Origin: a bacterium
Lineage (GTDB): Bacteria > UBA10199 > 2-02-FULL-44-16 > JAAZCA01
Length of the DNA stretch: 64,000 bases
Assembly: GCA_021810905.1 (NCBI GenBank)
Contig: JAJZQH010000014.1
Span: 12,369 to 76,368 of the forward strand
Direction of reading: 5' to 3'
Part shown: one piece after another, positions 17,603 to 28,173 of the stretch
How the letters are laid out: the number at the start of each line of letters is the position of its first letter
Numbering within the stretch: the stretch's first letter is position 1
Notes under the pieces: generated by a model
Databases searched by the model: none
What the model was told of the DNA's origin: nothing
Seen by the model: the letters and a program-made list of their open reading frames with translations, nothing else
Made by a program: the position numbers and the translations under genes

Positions 17603-18904
17603 ATGAAGCCATTAGTTGCAATAGTAGGGCGGCCCAACGTGGGCAAATCCAGGCTCTTCAACAGGCTTGTGGGCCAGCGCCGCGCCATTGTTGCGGACGT
17701 GCCGGGCGTCACGCGCGACAGGCACTATGCACCTGCGGATTGGGCCGGTCGCGAGTACATAGTCATCGATACGGGCGGTCTGGACTTGGAACCGGCGGCG
17801 GACCTCGAGCACAAGATCAGCAAACAGAGCATGCGCGCCGTTGAAGAAGCGGATGCGGTCATATGCCTCTTCGACGGGCAGTGCGATCCGACTTCTTCCG
17901 ATAGAGAAGTAGTCGCGGCGCTCAGGGGCGTGAGCAAGCCGGTAATATTTGTGGTCAACAAGGTAGACGAGGCGACTCACGAGGCGCGGCTGCACGAATT
18001 CTACGAACTCGGTATCAAGGATCTCTTCGCTGTCTCTGCCGAGCACGGCCGCGGCGTGGACGATATGCTGGACGAACTGTGGCGCAGACTTCCCCAGGCG
18101 CCGGAACCGTCGGAGGAGGCCGAGAGGGGAACGATGGTGGCGGTGGTGGGCAGGCCCAACGTTGGCAAGTCAACGCTCATAAACCGGCTTGCCGGGGAAG
18201 AGCGCGTGGTCGTGCATGAGAAGGCCGGCACTACCAGAGACGCGATAGACGTGGAGATAGATTTCGAGGGCCATGCGTACACGTTCATAGATACGGCAGG
18301 AGTCAAGCGCGGCTGGGGCGTTGCCGACCGCCTTGAAAAATTTACCGCAATGCGCAGCCTCCGCACCATCGACCGCGCGGCAATAGTCCTTCAGCTGATC
18401 GACGGCTCGGAGGGGATGACAAAGCAGGATCTGCATCTGTCGGAGTTCGTGCGCGAGCAGGGCAAGGGGCTCATCATCCTGGTTAACAAGTGGGACCTCG
18501 TTGATGAGGAATGGGAGCTCCGCCGTCAGAAAATTCTGGACGCGCTGGGCGAAATGGCAGACGTGCCGCTGCTCGCGATCTCCGCGGCGAAAGGGCAGAA
18601 TTGCCTCAAGATCTTTTCTCTCATAGATCGCATGGAGGCGGGACTCGCGCAGAAGATTTCTACGTCGAAGCTCAATCGCATTATCGAACGCGCGCTGGCC
18701 GAACATCACCTGCCGGTCTACAAGGGAAGAGAAGTGCGCATCTACTACGCAACGCAGGTCAGCACCTATCCCCCGACCTTTGCGCTGTTTGCAAATTACC
18801 CGGCGGCCGTGCCATATCAGTACCGAAGGTATCTCATCCGGCGGATTCAGGAAGAACTGGGAGGAGGGGGCGTGCCGGTGAGGATAGTCTGCAGGAGGAA
18901 GTGA
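17603..18904 (+). CDS. der: ribosome-associated GTPase Der (EngA)
   Basis: Two tandem GTPase domains (VAIVGRPNVGKSRLFN and VAVVGRPNVGKSTLINRL) plus a C-terminal KH-like domain. Confidence 0.92.
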   Translation: MKPLVAIVGRPNVGKSRLFNRLVGQRRAIVADVPGVTRDRHYAPADWAGREYIVIDTGGLDLEPAADLEHKISKQSMRAVEEADAVICLFDGQCDPTSSDREVVAALRGVSKPVIFVVNKVDEATHEARLHEFYELGIKDLFAVSAEHGRGVDDMLDELWRRLPQAPEPSEEAERGTMVAVVGRPNVGKSTLINRLAGEERVVVHEKAGTTRDAIDVEIDFEGHAYTFIDTAGVKRGWGVADRLEKFTAMRSLRTIDRAAIVLQLIDGSEGMTKQDLHLSEFVREQGKGLIILVNKWDLVDEEWELRRQKILDALGEMADVPLLAISAAKGQNCLKIFSLIDRMEAGLAQKISTSKLNRIIERALAEHHLPVYKGREVRIYYATQVSTYPPTFALFANYPAAVPYQYRRYLIRRIQEELGGGGVPVRIVCRRK

Positions 18905-18910
18905 TACCGT

Positions 18911-19762
18911 ATGAAGTTCATAAAATTCATCGGCCGAGTCATCCGTTCCTTCTTTGTGGACGACTGTCTGAACTATGCTGCAAACATGTCGTTCTGCGCG
19001 CTGCTCGCCATCATTCCCATCGCCATGCTCATGGTCTCCATCGCAGGTTTTTTCCTCGGGTCGTCGCAGGATGCGCTGCAGAGGATCGTGCAGCTCGCAA
19101 CGGACGTGCTGCCGGTCGGCCGCGATACGTTCACGATGAATCTCCAGTCGGTGCTCGACCAGCGCACGTCGCTGGGAATCGTCGGCATTTTTTTTCTCAT
19201 CTTCATCGCCACGATACTGATGGCCTCGATAGAGCGCGCGCTAGATGCGATATTCCGTACGCCTTCGAGGCGTAATTTTTTCCATTCCAAGCTGATAGGC
19301 ATAGGGCTGATAGTCGGCGCCACCGTGCTTTTCTCGCTGCCAACAATGGCGCAGATTCTGGAAGGGCTGTTGCAGCGCTACGGCTTCGGTTTTCCTCTCT
19401 CATATTTGATGGGCGGCAAGGCGTATTTCTTCCTCGTCGGATTCATGACTTATATGATGACTATAGTGGTCATACCGAACCGCAGGGTGTACATCCGCTA
19501 TGCGGCGGTGGGAGGCATTTTCTTCTCCGTCGGCGTGGGCGTGGCGAAGTTCCTCTTCCGCTCGTATATGATTTTCGCGTTGCAGCGCTACAACGTGATC
19601 TACGGTTCTCTCACCGCGGCGGTGCTGCTCGTCGTATGGATCTATTATTTCTCAGCAATCTTTCTGCTCTCGGCGGAACTGGTCGCAGCCATGCAGGAAG
19701 GGCGCTTCTTCCACAAGAAGCGTCTGGAGGAGACGGAGGACTGGGACGGGATCACAGTTTGA
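18911..19762 (+). CDS. YihY/BrkB family membrane protein
   Basis: Six predicted transmembrane segments. N-terminal motif DDCLNYAANMSFCALLAIIPIAMLM is typical of YihY/BrkB. Confidence 0.8.
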   Translation: MKFIKFIGRVIRSFFVDDCLNYAANMSFCALLAIIPIAMLMVSIAGFFLGSSQDALQRIVQLATDVLPVGRDTFTMNLQSVLDQRTSLGIVGIFFLIFIATILMASIERALDAIFRTPSRRNFFHSKLIGIGLIVGATVLFSLPTMAQILEGLLQRYGFGFPLSYLMGGKAYFFLVGFMTYMMTIVVIPNRRVYIRYAAVGGIFFSVGVGVAKFLFRSYMIFALQRYNVIYGSLTAAVLLVVWIYYFSAIFLLSAELVAAMQEGRFFHKKRLEETEDWDGITV

Positions 19763-20522
19763 AAGTTGCCACGCTCCGATTGATTCCGATCTCAAGCTCA
19801 CGCCTTATCAGAGAATAAACGCCTTCGTCGATCACGAGTTCCTCGTGGCTGTAATCGCCGGCATCGACGTTTACGATGTTGCCAGCGCCCGGAGGGATTT
19901 CGATCTCAGCATATGGCCGAGGGCAGTATGTATCCACGGGTGAATAGATGGACGCAACGTAGGTCTCCGCTGGAATTTGCATCTGCTTCATGCGCGTTAT
20001 CAACGGAGAATCGGGGGCTATGTCCCGGAGTCCCTGCGACAGGCGGCGGAGTAAGAAGAGTCTTTTCTTCAATGCGAAAGGGCTGCCGCGATGCGGGCTC
20101 CCCAGCGTGACGATGGTGTGGACGAACGCCGCACCGCCCATGGCCGACACGAACCATCTTGCGATAACCCCTCCAAGCGAGTGACCTACGATCGCGATGC
20201 GACCTGACGGGCTCTTTGCAGCCAGGTTTTTCACCTGTAGAGCGAGCAGAGACGCGCTCGCTTCCACACCGTTTGTGTTGAAGGTTTTAGCGAGACCGCC
20301 GAGCCTCGCGCAGGAAGGGGCAAATCCGTCGACACCGAGTCTCCTTGCAAGCACGCTCATTGTGCCGGGCGTGCTGCCCCAGCTGTGAACGAGCATCACG
20401 GCTGGCAATGCGGATGCCGGCTGCTCCTTCCAGGGCATGAAATTGTGCCAATAGAAATTAAGCGTGTTTTCCGCCCATCGTACGAATGGCGCGGGCTTGC
20501 GATTTTCTGACATGCTTCTCAT
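19752..20522 (-). CDS. alpha/beta hydrolase (lipase/esterase-like)
   Basis: Nucleophile elbow GHSLGG, HSWG oxyanion-like region. Start uncertain: MRSMSEN or MSENRK. Confidence 0.65.
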   Translation of the reverse strand: MRSMSENRKPAPFVRWAENTLNFYWHNFMPWKEQPASALPAVMLVHSWGSTPGTMSVLARRLGVDGFAPSCARLGGLAKTFNTNGVEASASLLALQVKNLAAKSPSGRIAIVGHSLGGVIARWFVSAMGGAAFVHTIVTLGSPHRGSPFALKKRLFLLRRLSQGLRDIAPDSPLITRMKQMQIPAETYVASIYSPVDTYCPRPYAEIEIPPGAGNIVNVDAGDYSHEELVIDEGVYSLIRRELEIGINRSVATFKL

Positions 20523-20600
20523 GTTATTGAAAATTGACTGTAAAGTCAAAGAGTTGCAGGTTGACAAGGGATGGGCGCTCTGTTACACGCCCGACAACAT

Positions 20601-20681
20601 AAAACGTCGTTCGTCGTTAGTCGTTCGTGAATCGTAAAGACCTCAGTCACTTGGGCGGTTTTACGATCGACGAACGACGAA
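20601..20681. repeat. TAGT-arm hairpin element, copy A (5-prime leader of yfgM-like gene)
   Basis: AAAACGTCGTTCGTCGTTAGTCGTTCGTGAATCGTAAAGACCTCAGTCACTTGGGCGGTTTTACGATCGACGAACGACGA. Arms and core are self-complementary. Homologous copies at 36618-36728 and 39975-40050. Confidence 0.65.
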
Positions 20682-20758
20682 GGAGGTGTCCAATTCCTAC
20701 CTATAAACAGCTGCCGCGCGGGAAGCAAAAAGCGCACGACGATTTCAAAGACTGGAGC

Positions 20759-21382
20759 ATGCACGCTATACAGTGGATCGTAGCCCACTGGGTTGGCGTT
20801 ATAGAGCTCGTGGCCGTGGGCGCAGTTGCGGTCGCCGTCATCATGGGAGCCTCTGCATACGGAAGGTATCGCGCCGATGCCGCGGCTCTTAAGTTCTATG
20901 CGGCCGATAAACTTGAGAATAAATCCGACGCGCGCTTGGAAGCGCTCAAAAAAGTTGCAAAAGATTACTCGCGCACGTCGGCGGGTCGTCAGGCTACGAT
21001 GCAACTGGGAGACATGCTTGCCGAACGCGGCGATCGCGATGGCGCGATCGAACAATTCAGATTGCTTGCGGAAGGTTCGCGCAATCAGCCGCTCTTCCGC
21101 GTGGCCGCGCTGCATCGCATAGCCGATCTCCAGCTTGCCGCCGGCAATTCGGCCGAGGCGGCGGAGACTTTCCGCAAGGCGGCTGCGGATCCCAAAAATC
21201 TTACCGCCCTTACGAGCGAGCTGCTCGCTGCCTCATGCCTCGAACGAGCCGGCGATTACGCGGGCGCCGCTCTTCTCTACAAGAGGATCATTAAGGACGC
21301 AGGCGAGGGCGACCGAGCCGTGCGCGAACAGAGCGAGGAGCGACTCATATGGCTTTCGGCAAACGGCTTGATCGCCGGCTGA
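20759..21382 (+). CDS. YfgM-like TPR membrane protein
   Basis: N-terminal transmembrane segment WVGVIELVAVGAVAVAVIMGA followed by TPR-like helices, matching E. coli YfgM architecture. Genomic neighbourhood holds bamB-like and der. Upstream in-frame extension to 20627 overlaps the repeat and was not taken as coding. Confidence 0.6.
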   Translation: MHAIQWIVAHWVGVIELVAVGAVAVAVIMGASAYGRYRADAAALKFYAADKLENKSDARLEALKKVAKDYSRTSAGRQATMQLGDMLAERGDRDGAIEQFRLLAEGSRNQPLFRVAALHRIADLQLAAGNSAEAAETFRKAAADPKNLTALTSELLAASCLERAGDYAGAALLYKRIIKDAGEGDRAVREQSEERLIWLSANGLIAG

Positions 21383-22623
21383 GCTTGGTTTTTGTCGCGC
21401 CGCTTGTTTTCGCGCTTTCTTTCGCGGCGCTTTCGGACGATGCGTTCGCGGCAAAGCAGCGAGCCAGTCATCATTTCACGAGCCAGGAATCTCATCAGCG
21501 GCCGGAGAAGTATCGCAGCGGCTCGTTCAAATCTACGTCGGCGCGTAAATTCAAGGTTAAGACCAGGCGCATCGCCTCTCTCAAAAAATCCTCATTCTGG
21601 AATACGCGGCCTTACCAGTTCGCTACACCGCTCGTGGCTGGAGACCGTATCTTTGTCGGCGTCGATGCCGGTCGTTTCTACGCGTTCGATCTGGAGAAGG
21701 GCAAGCAGCTCTGGGAGTTTCAGACCGATGGGCCGGTCCACAGCAAAGCCGCGTACGCGGATGGCGCCGTCTATGTGCCGGACGTGGAAGGCAGAGTCTA
21801 CGCGCTGGACGCGGGAAGCGGCGAGAAGCGCTGGACCGCAACGCTCGACACCGACATCCTAGCAACTCCTTACGTGGAGGGAAATCGGCTCTATGTAGCG
21901 ACCATGTCCGGACGCTTATATGCACTGGACATCTCGACCGGAGTTGAACTCTGGCACACGGACACCGATGAGAAGGAATTCGGCTTCTCCGTAAGGCGTT
22001 CGTCCGCGCCCGTTGCGGCGGGCGGAGTGGTGCTCTACGGAACGTCCTCGGGCCTTCTACGAGCTGTGCGCGGGAGCGACGGCTCCCAGGTATGGAGCCG
22101 CCAGCTCTCCGAAAAGAAGGGACAGGTATATGACGTGGACAGCGAGCCGCTGCTCTATAACGGAAAGGTCTACGAGAGCACTGCCGAAGGCACGCTTTCA
22201 AGCATCGATCTTGCCAGTGGCCGCATAATCTGGACTGTCGACGCTGGAGGCGTGAACGATCCGATAGCGAAGGACGGGCGGATCTACTGCACGGGCGGAG
22301 GGAGCCTCTACGCGCTCGATCCTGACAGCGGCGATATCTACTGGCAGCAGGATCTGGAAGTGCCGGAGATCTCGTCGCCTGTATCGAACGACAACTATAT
22401 CGCGGTCACCTCCACTCGCGAAAAGATCTATCTGATAGACAGGGATTCCGGCGACATCGCGTATGAGCGCTACATAGGCAAAGGGAGCTACGGCGATCCG
22501 ATAGTCTCCGGGGACAAAGTCTATCTGCTTGGCAACACCGGCAAGCTCTTTTCCTTCCTCATAAAGGAAGCAGAGCCCAAGGAAGAGGCAAAGGTGAAGA
22601 AAGGGAAAAAGAAGGCGGAGTGA
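21349..22623 (+). CDS. BamB-like PQQ beta-propeller lipoprotein
   Basis: Signal peptide, then repeated PQQ-like blades (RFYAFDLEKGKQLWEF, RVYALDAGSGEKRWTA, RLYALDISTGVELWHT). GAGGAG ribosome-binding site. Confidence 0.75.
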   Translation: MAFGKRLDRRLSLVFVAPLVFALSFAALSDDAFAAKQRASHHFTSQESHQRPEKYRSGSFKSTSARKFKVKTRRIASLKKSSFWNTRPYQFATPLVAGDRIFVGVDAGRFYAFDLEKGKQLWEFQTDGPVHSKAAYADGAVYVPDVEGRVYALDAGSGEKRWTATLDTDILATPYVEGNRLYVATMSGRLYALDISTGVELWHTDTDEKEFGFSVRRSSAPVAAGGVVLYGTSSGLLRAVRGSDGSQVWSRQLSEKKGQVYDVDSEPLLYNGKVYESTAEGTLSSIDLASGRIIWTVDAGGVNDPIAKDGRIYCTGGGSLYALDPDSGDIYWQQDLEVPEISSPVSNDNYIAVTSTREKIYLIDRDSGDIAYERYIGKGSYGDPIVSGDKVYLLGNTGKLFSFLIKEAEPKEEAKVKKGKKKAE

Positions 22624-22698
22624 AATTGATTGCCACCCAAAGCCGCCTCTGATAATTTTTCATTCGATGGGCGTCTCTTCGGAACCTACGGGGGATTC

Positions 22699-24687
22699 AT
22701 GAGAGATATGCAGAAGCGCCTGTGGGCACTCGTTGCCGCGGCAGTGGTCTCCGCAATACCTGCTGCGGCGGGCGCGGACAGTCCGACGTTCAACGCTATA
22801 TTCTTTCATCCCGCCACCGGCCGGAATACTTACCTCATGCTCCAGGGAACCGAGACCCTGCATCAGATGCAGTTCGACGTGGGCGAATATTTTTCGTACG
22901 GATGGCATCCGCTCGACATACGCACGACCGCAGGATCTCGAGTGCAGGGCGTGATCAGCCAGTTGGTCGTAAGCGATTTCACCGCCGCGATCGGCGCAAC
23001 TGATTGGCTGCAGTTCGGACTCGACGTGCCGGTGGTCCTCATCAACAGCTTCCGCGAGCCTGACGCCGTGCAAGGTGCTCCGACCGCAAATCACTTCAAC
23101 CTGAGCGACATACGTTTTGAGGCAAAGGGCAGATTCCTTGATGCATGCAAGACGCGCATCGGGCTCGCGCTCGTGCCGTTCGTCACCTTCCCCACTGGCA
23201 GTGACGCGCATTACGTGGGCGACCCGGGCTTCACCGGAGGCGCCACGATCGCACTTGACGGCAAAGTTTCGAGAAAGATCGGACTCACGCTCAACGTGGG
23301 CTATCAGGGCGGTCGAAAGGTCAAGATCTCGAACGTCGAGTTCCAGCACAGGCTGCTCCTCGGCGGCGGTATCCAGGGCAACATATTCCGCGGGCTCGAC
23401 GTATTCGGTGAGATCAACGCGATAGCGGCGTTCAACAAACTCCTGCACGACCGCGATATGAATCCGACGGAATTCATGGCCGGCGCAAGATGGGACGTGG
23501 GGAAGACGGGCCTTACGGTTCAAGGCGGGGCCGGCACTTGCCTGGTCTGCGGCGTGAAGGGCGCACGTATCAGGGCCGTGGCCGGTCTCAAGTACAGGCT
23601 CAGCACTCCCAAGTATCGCCAGCTCGAAGATCAGCGTGCGGGCGTCTGCACGCTGCGGGGGTATTTCAGCAAGTCACGGCTCTATGAGCTCAAACAGAAT
23701 TGTCCGCAGAAACCTGAGGACTATGTCCAGGGAGTGCACGACGACGCGTGTCCCAAATATTATGAGCTGCAGGAGCTGGCGGGGTTAATCCTCAAGTGTC
23801 CCGTGAGGCCGGAGGATTTCAATCCGAGCATGCATGATCCCGCATGCCAGAAGGTATATGACATGCCGGATGAATTTTCGCCTGCGGATGTACGCAACAT
23901 CGTGTCAATGGCGGTGGCGGAGATGAGCCTCATCTGTCCCGCTGATCCCACGAATTTCAACGCGCAGATCCACGATGCGGCCTGCCCCAAATATTACGAT
24001 CTCAAGGAGACCGAGGCGCTTGCCAGCCGCTGTCCATCCAACGCGGACGACTATAAGGAAGGCGTGGACGATCCGTCTTGTCCCAAGTACTACACCCTGC
24101 GAGAGGCCTACGGCGATATCGACTGGAACGAGGTTAACAAACTTCGCAGCATCGATCTGGATCGTTACGGCTCCGCCATCCTCGGCGGCGAGATCCAGAC
24201 GTTGCGGCCCGTGTATTTTGACTTTGCGAAGTCGAACCTCCTGCCGACAATGCTTCCTGTGCTCGATCAGGTTATTCGCGTCATAAACGAAACTCCGTGG
24301 GTGAGCGTGGTGAGGATCGGCGGGCACGCGGACGCGCGAGGCACCGTGGATGCGAATGAGAAGATCTCCATGAAGCGCTCACAGACCGTGATCGATTACA
24401 TGAAATCGCATGGGGTGCGCAGCGACGTGCAGCTCATACCGGTAGCTTACGGTTCGTACAGGCCCGCAGCCTCCAACGAAACCGAAGAGGGACGCGCCCT
24501 CAACCGCCGCGTCATATTCACGGTCTCGAGCTACAAGATCCCGAAATATACGCCATCCGCGATAAAAAAGGCGTCAGCAGCGCCGGCGCCATCCGCGCCG
24601 ATGGGGGAGACTCCCTCGTTAGAAACGGGCGCCGAGCCAGTCAAAGAGGGAGAGCCGCAGCTTCCCCCGTCGCGATGGTCGGAGTAA
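22699..24687 (+). CDS. OmpA-family outer membrane protein with four or five tandem two-cysteine repeats
   Basis: Signal peptide MRDMQKRLWALVAAAVVSAIPAAAGA and an N-terminal beta-barrel-like region. Middle holds repeats CPxxPEDYxxGVHDDACPKYYxL. C-terminal OmpA domain reads VRIGGHADARGTVDANEKISMKRSQTV..LNRRV. Confidence 0.75.
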   Translation: MRDMQKRLWALVAAAVVSAIPAAAGADSPTFNAIFFHPATGRNTYLMLQGTETLHQMQFDVGEYFSYGWHPLDIRTTAGSRVQGVISQLVVSDFTAAIGATDWLQFGLDVPVVLINSFREPDAVQGAPTANHFNLSDIRFEAKGRFLDACKTRIGLALVPFVTFPTGSDAHYVGDPGFTGGATIALDGKVSRKIGLTLNVGYQGGRKVKISNVEFQHRLLLGGGIQGNIFRGLDVFGEINAIAAFNKLLHDRDMNPTEFMAGARWDVGKTGLTVQGGAGTCLVCGVKGARIRAVAGLKYRLSTPKYRQLEDQRAGVCTLRGYFSKSRLYELKQNCPQKPEDYVQGVHDDACPKYYELQELAGLILKCPVRPEDFNPSMHDPACQKVYDMPDEFSPADVRNIVSMAVAEMSLICPADPTNFNAQIHDAACPKYYDLKETEALASRCPSNADDYKEGVDDPSCPKYYTLREAYGDIDWNEVNKLRSIDLDRYGSAILGGEIQTLRPVYFDFAKSNLLPTMLPVLDQVIRVINETPWVSVVRIGGHADARGTVDANEKISMKRSQTVIDYMKSHGVRSDVQLIPVAYGSYRPAASNETEEGRALNRRVIFTVSSYKIPKYTPSAIKKASAAPAPSAPMGETPSLETGAEPVKEGEPQLPPSRWSE

Positions 24688-24704
24688 AATCTTGTGACAA
24701 TCAA

Positions 24705-24794
24705 CCCCTCCCCTTTGTAAGGGGAGGATGGGAGAGGTAGACCGTGGATACAACCACGATCTACCTCCCCTCGCCCCTCCTTACAAAGGAGGGG
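24705..24794. repeat. REP-like palindromic element: two inverted units of CCCCTCC-TTTGTAA-GGAGGGG..GGGAGGTAGAYC
   Basis: Unit at 24705-24743, palindromic spacer GTGGATACAACCAC, inverted unit at 24758-24794. The same unit recurs at 57518-57555. Confidence 0.7.
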
Positions 24795-24817
24795 AATAAA
24801 TCGTCACTTATCACTGC

Positions 24818-24845
24818 TTGACATCGTTCGGATATCATATATAGC
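24818..24845 (+). promoter_or_regulatory. candidate sigma70 promoter for guaB
   Basis: TTGACA at 24818-24823, a 16-nt spacer, then TATAGC at 24840-24845. The very short distance to ATG 24854 suggests either a leaderless transcript or a true start at ATG 24869. Confidence 0.35.
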
Positions 24846-24853
24846 GTCCCGCC

Positions 24854-26320
24854 ATGTTAGGCGAACGCATGCAGGAAGGGCTCACTTTTGACGATGTCCT
24901 GCTAATACCTGGGCACTCGAAACTCCTGCCAAAAGACGTAGATATCGCTACAAAGCTAACCTCCGAAATTACGCTCAACATCCCGCTCGTCTCCGCTGCA
25001 ATGGATACGGTCACCGAGGCCGCGACGGCAATCGCCCTGGCGCAAGAGGGCGGAATCGGCATCATCCACAAGAACTGGACCGCTGATCGGCAGGCTGCAG
25101 AGGTCATGCGTGTGAAGAAATACGAAAGCGGCGTGGTGACGGAGCCGATCACGGTATCACCATCGATGACGCTCTCGGAACTGCGGGAGTTATCGCGAGA
25201 GCATAATATCTCGGGTTTTCCGGTCACCGACGGCATGAGGCTCGTCGGCATCATCACGAATCGCGACATCACTTTTGAAGACGACCTATCGCGCAAGGTC
25301 ATCGAACTCATGACCCCGAGAGACAGGCTCGTCACCGCGGCACAGGGCATAACGCTCGATGAGGCGCGCACGATCTTCCGCGAGCGACGCATCGAGAAAC
25401 TCCCTCTCATCGACAAGGACGGGAATCTCGCCGGGCTCATGACGGTGCGCGATCTCAAGACCGCAACGCGATACCCGAACGCGGCAAAGGATTCGCGCGG
25501 CAGTCTCAGGGTGGGAGCTGCAGTGGGCGTGGGCGAGGCTGAATTCGCGCGCGCCGAGGCCTTGCTCGCGGCCGGCGTGGACGCCGTCGTTGTAGATACC
25601 GCGCACGGGCATTCCGCCGGCGTCATAGGCATGGTGAAAAAGTTGCGAGACGCATTCAAGGACGCCCAGATAATCGGCGGCAATATCGCAACAGCGGATG
25701 CGGCAAAGGCGCTCATCGATGCGGGGGCGTCCGGCGTGAAGGTCGGCGTCGGCCCCGGCTCTATCTGCACGACCCGCGTGGTAGGCGGCTGCGGCGTCCC
25801 GCAGATCACCGCAGTGGCGGACGTAGCGCACTACGCGCGTAAGCACGGCGTTCCTGTGATCGCTGACGGCGGGATAAAATTCAGCGGAGATATCGTAAAG
25901 GCGCTCGCTGCCGGCGCATCGAGCGTGATGATAGGCTCCATGTTCGGCGGTACGGACGAATCTCCGGGAGAGGTCGTCCTCTACCAGGGCCGCAGTTACA
26001 AAGTCTACCGCGGCATGGGCTCCATTGCCGCCATGCAGAAGGGGAGCAAGGATCGTTACTTCCAGGGCGACGTAACCGAGGCCGGCAAGCTCGTGCCCGA
26101 GGGCATCGAGGGCAGGGTGCCGTATCGAGGCAAGCTGCGCGACGTGCTCTATCAGATGATCGGCGGGCTGCGCTCGGGCATGGGATATACAGGCGTCGCC
26201 TCGATCGAGGAACTCTCCACAAAGACGAAGTTCATCCGAATCACCGCGGCCGGCCTGCGCGAGTCGCACGTGCACGACGTGATCATCACCAAGGAAGCAC
26301 CGAATTACTGGCAGGAATAA
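24854..26320 (+). CDS. guaB: IMP dehydrogenase
   Basis: [11 protein letters not shown], tandem CBS domains, catalytic loop [20 protein letters not shown]. The start may instead be 24869. Confidence 0.92.
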   Translation: MLGERMQEGLTFDDVLLIPGHSKLLPKDVDIATKLTSEITLNIPLVSAAMDTVTEAATAIALAQEGGIGIIHKNWTADRQAAEVMRVKKYESGVVTEPITVSPSMTLSELRELSREHNISGFPVTDGMRLVGIITNRDITFEDDLSRKVIELMTPRDRLVTAAQGITLDEARTIFRERRIEKLPLIDKDGNLAGLMTVRDLKTATRYPNAAKDSRGSLRVGAAVGVGEAEFARAEALLAAGVDAVVVDTAHGHSAGVIGMVKKLRDAFKDAQIIGGNIATADAAKALIDAGASGVKVGVGPGSICTTRVVGGCGVPQITAVADVAHYARKHGVPVIADGGIKFSGDIVKALAAGASSVMIGSMFGGTDESPGEVVLYQGRSYKVYRGMGSIAAMQKGSKDRYFQGDVTEAGKLVPEGIEGRVPYRGKLRDVLYQMIGGLRSGMGYTGVASIEELSTKTKFIRITAAGLRESHVHDVIITKEAPNYWQE

Positions 26321-26340
26321 ACTTAGTGATAGTATGGTGG

Positions 26341-26470
26341 TACGTTAGTACGTTAGTACGTTAGTACTTTCGTACGTTCGTTAAGCGTGTGAGCTGTCAG
26401 GTTTAGAACACCATGTTCGATCACGATCCTTTAACTAACGTACCAACGTACTAACGTACCAACGTACGAA
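26341..26470. repeat. inverted-repeat element with TACGTTAG tandem arms (divergent member of the TAGT-arm family)
   Basis: Left arm is TACGTTAG repeated about 3.5 times. Right arm is the reverse-complement pattern CTAACGTACCAACGTACTAACGTACCAACGTACG. About 70-nt core. Lies directly upstream of guaA. Confidence 0.55.
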
Positions 26471-26479
26471 GTTGATACC

Positions 26480-28021
<1,542 letters not shown>

Positions 28022-28173
28022 ACGGCGGCGGGAAAAGCCAGCAAGGCAAGCAACGCCAGCGACGGAAATCCCGAGAGGGAGCGCCTGGATTCAGCCCATT
28101 CAGATAGATAGCAACTTCTTTGCGAAAACGACGATAAATAATAGGTATCCTGGACACGATCGAGGGAGGGCGC

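Noticed and set aside
20627-20758. Upstream in-frame extension of the yfgM-like ORF (GTG 20627)
   Set aside because: It would place the start codon inside the TAGT-arm hairpin element and adds a non-hydrophobic 44-aa leader not seen in YfgM. ATG 20759 was preferred.
22660-23523. 287-aa minus-strand ORF inside the OmpA-like gene
   Set aside because: Antisense to a gene with clear domain content. No ribosome-binding site. Composition artefact.
25286-26275. 329-aa minus-strand ORF inside guaB
   Set aside because: Antisense to IMP dehydrogenase. Arg/Ala-rich. Artefact of GC-rich coding sequence.
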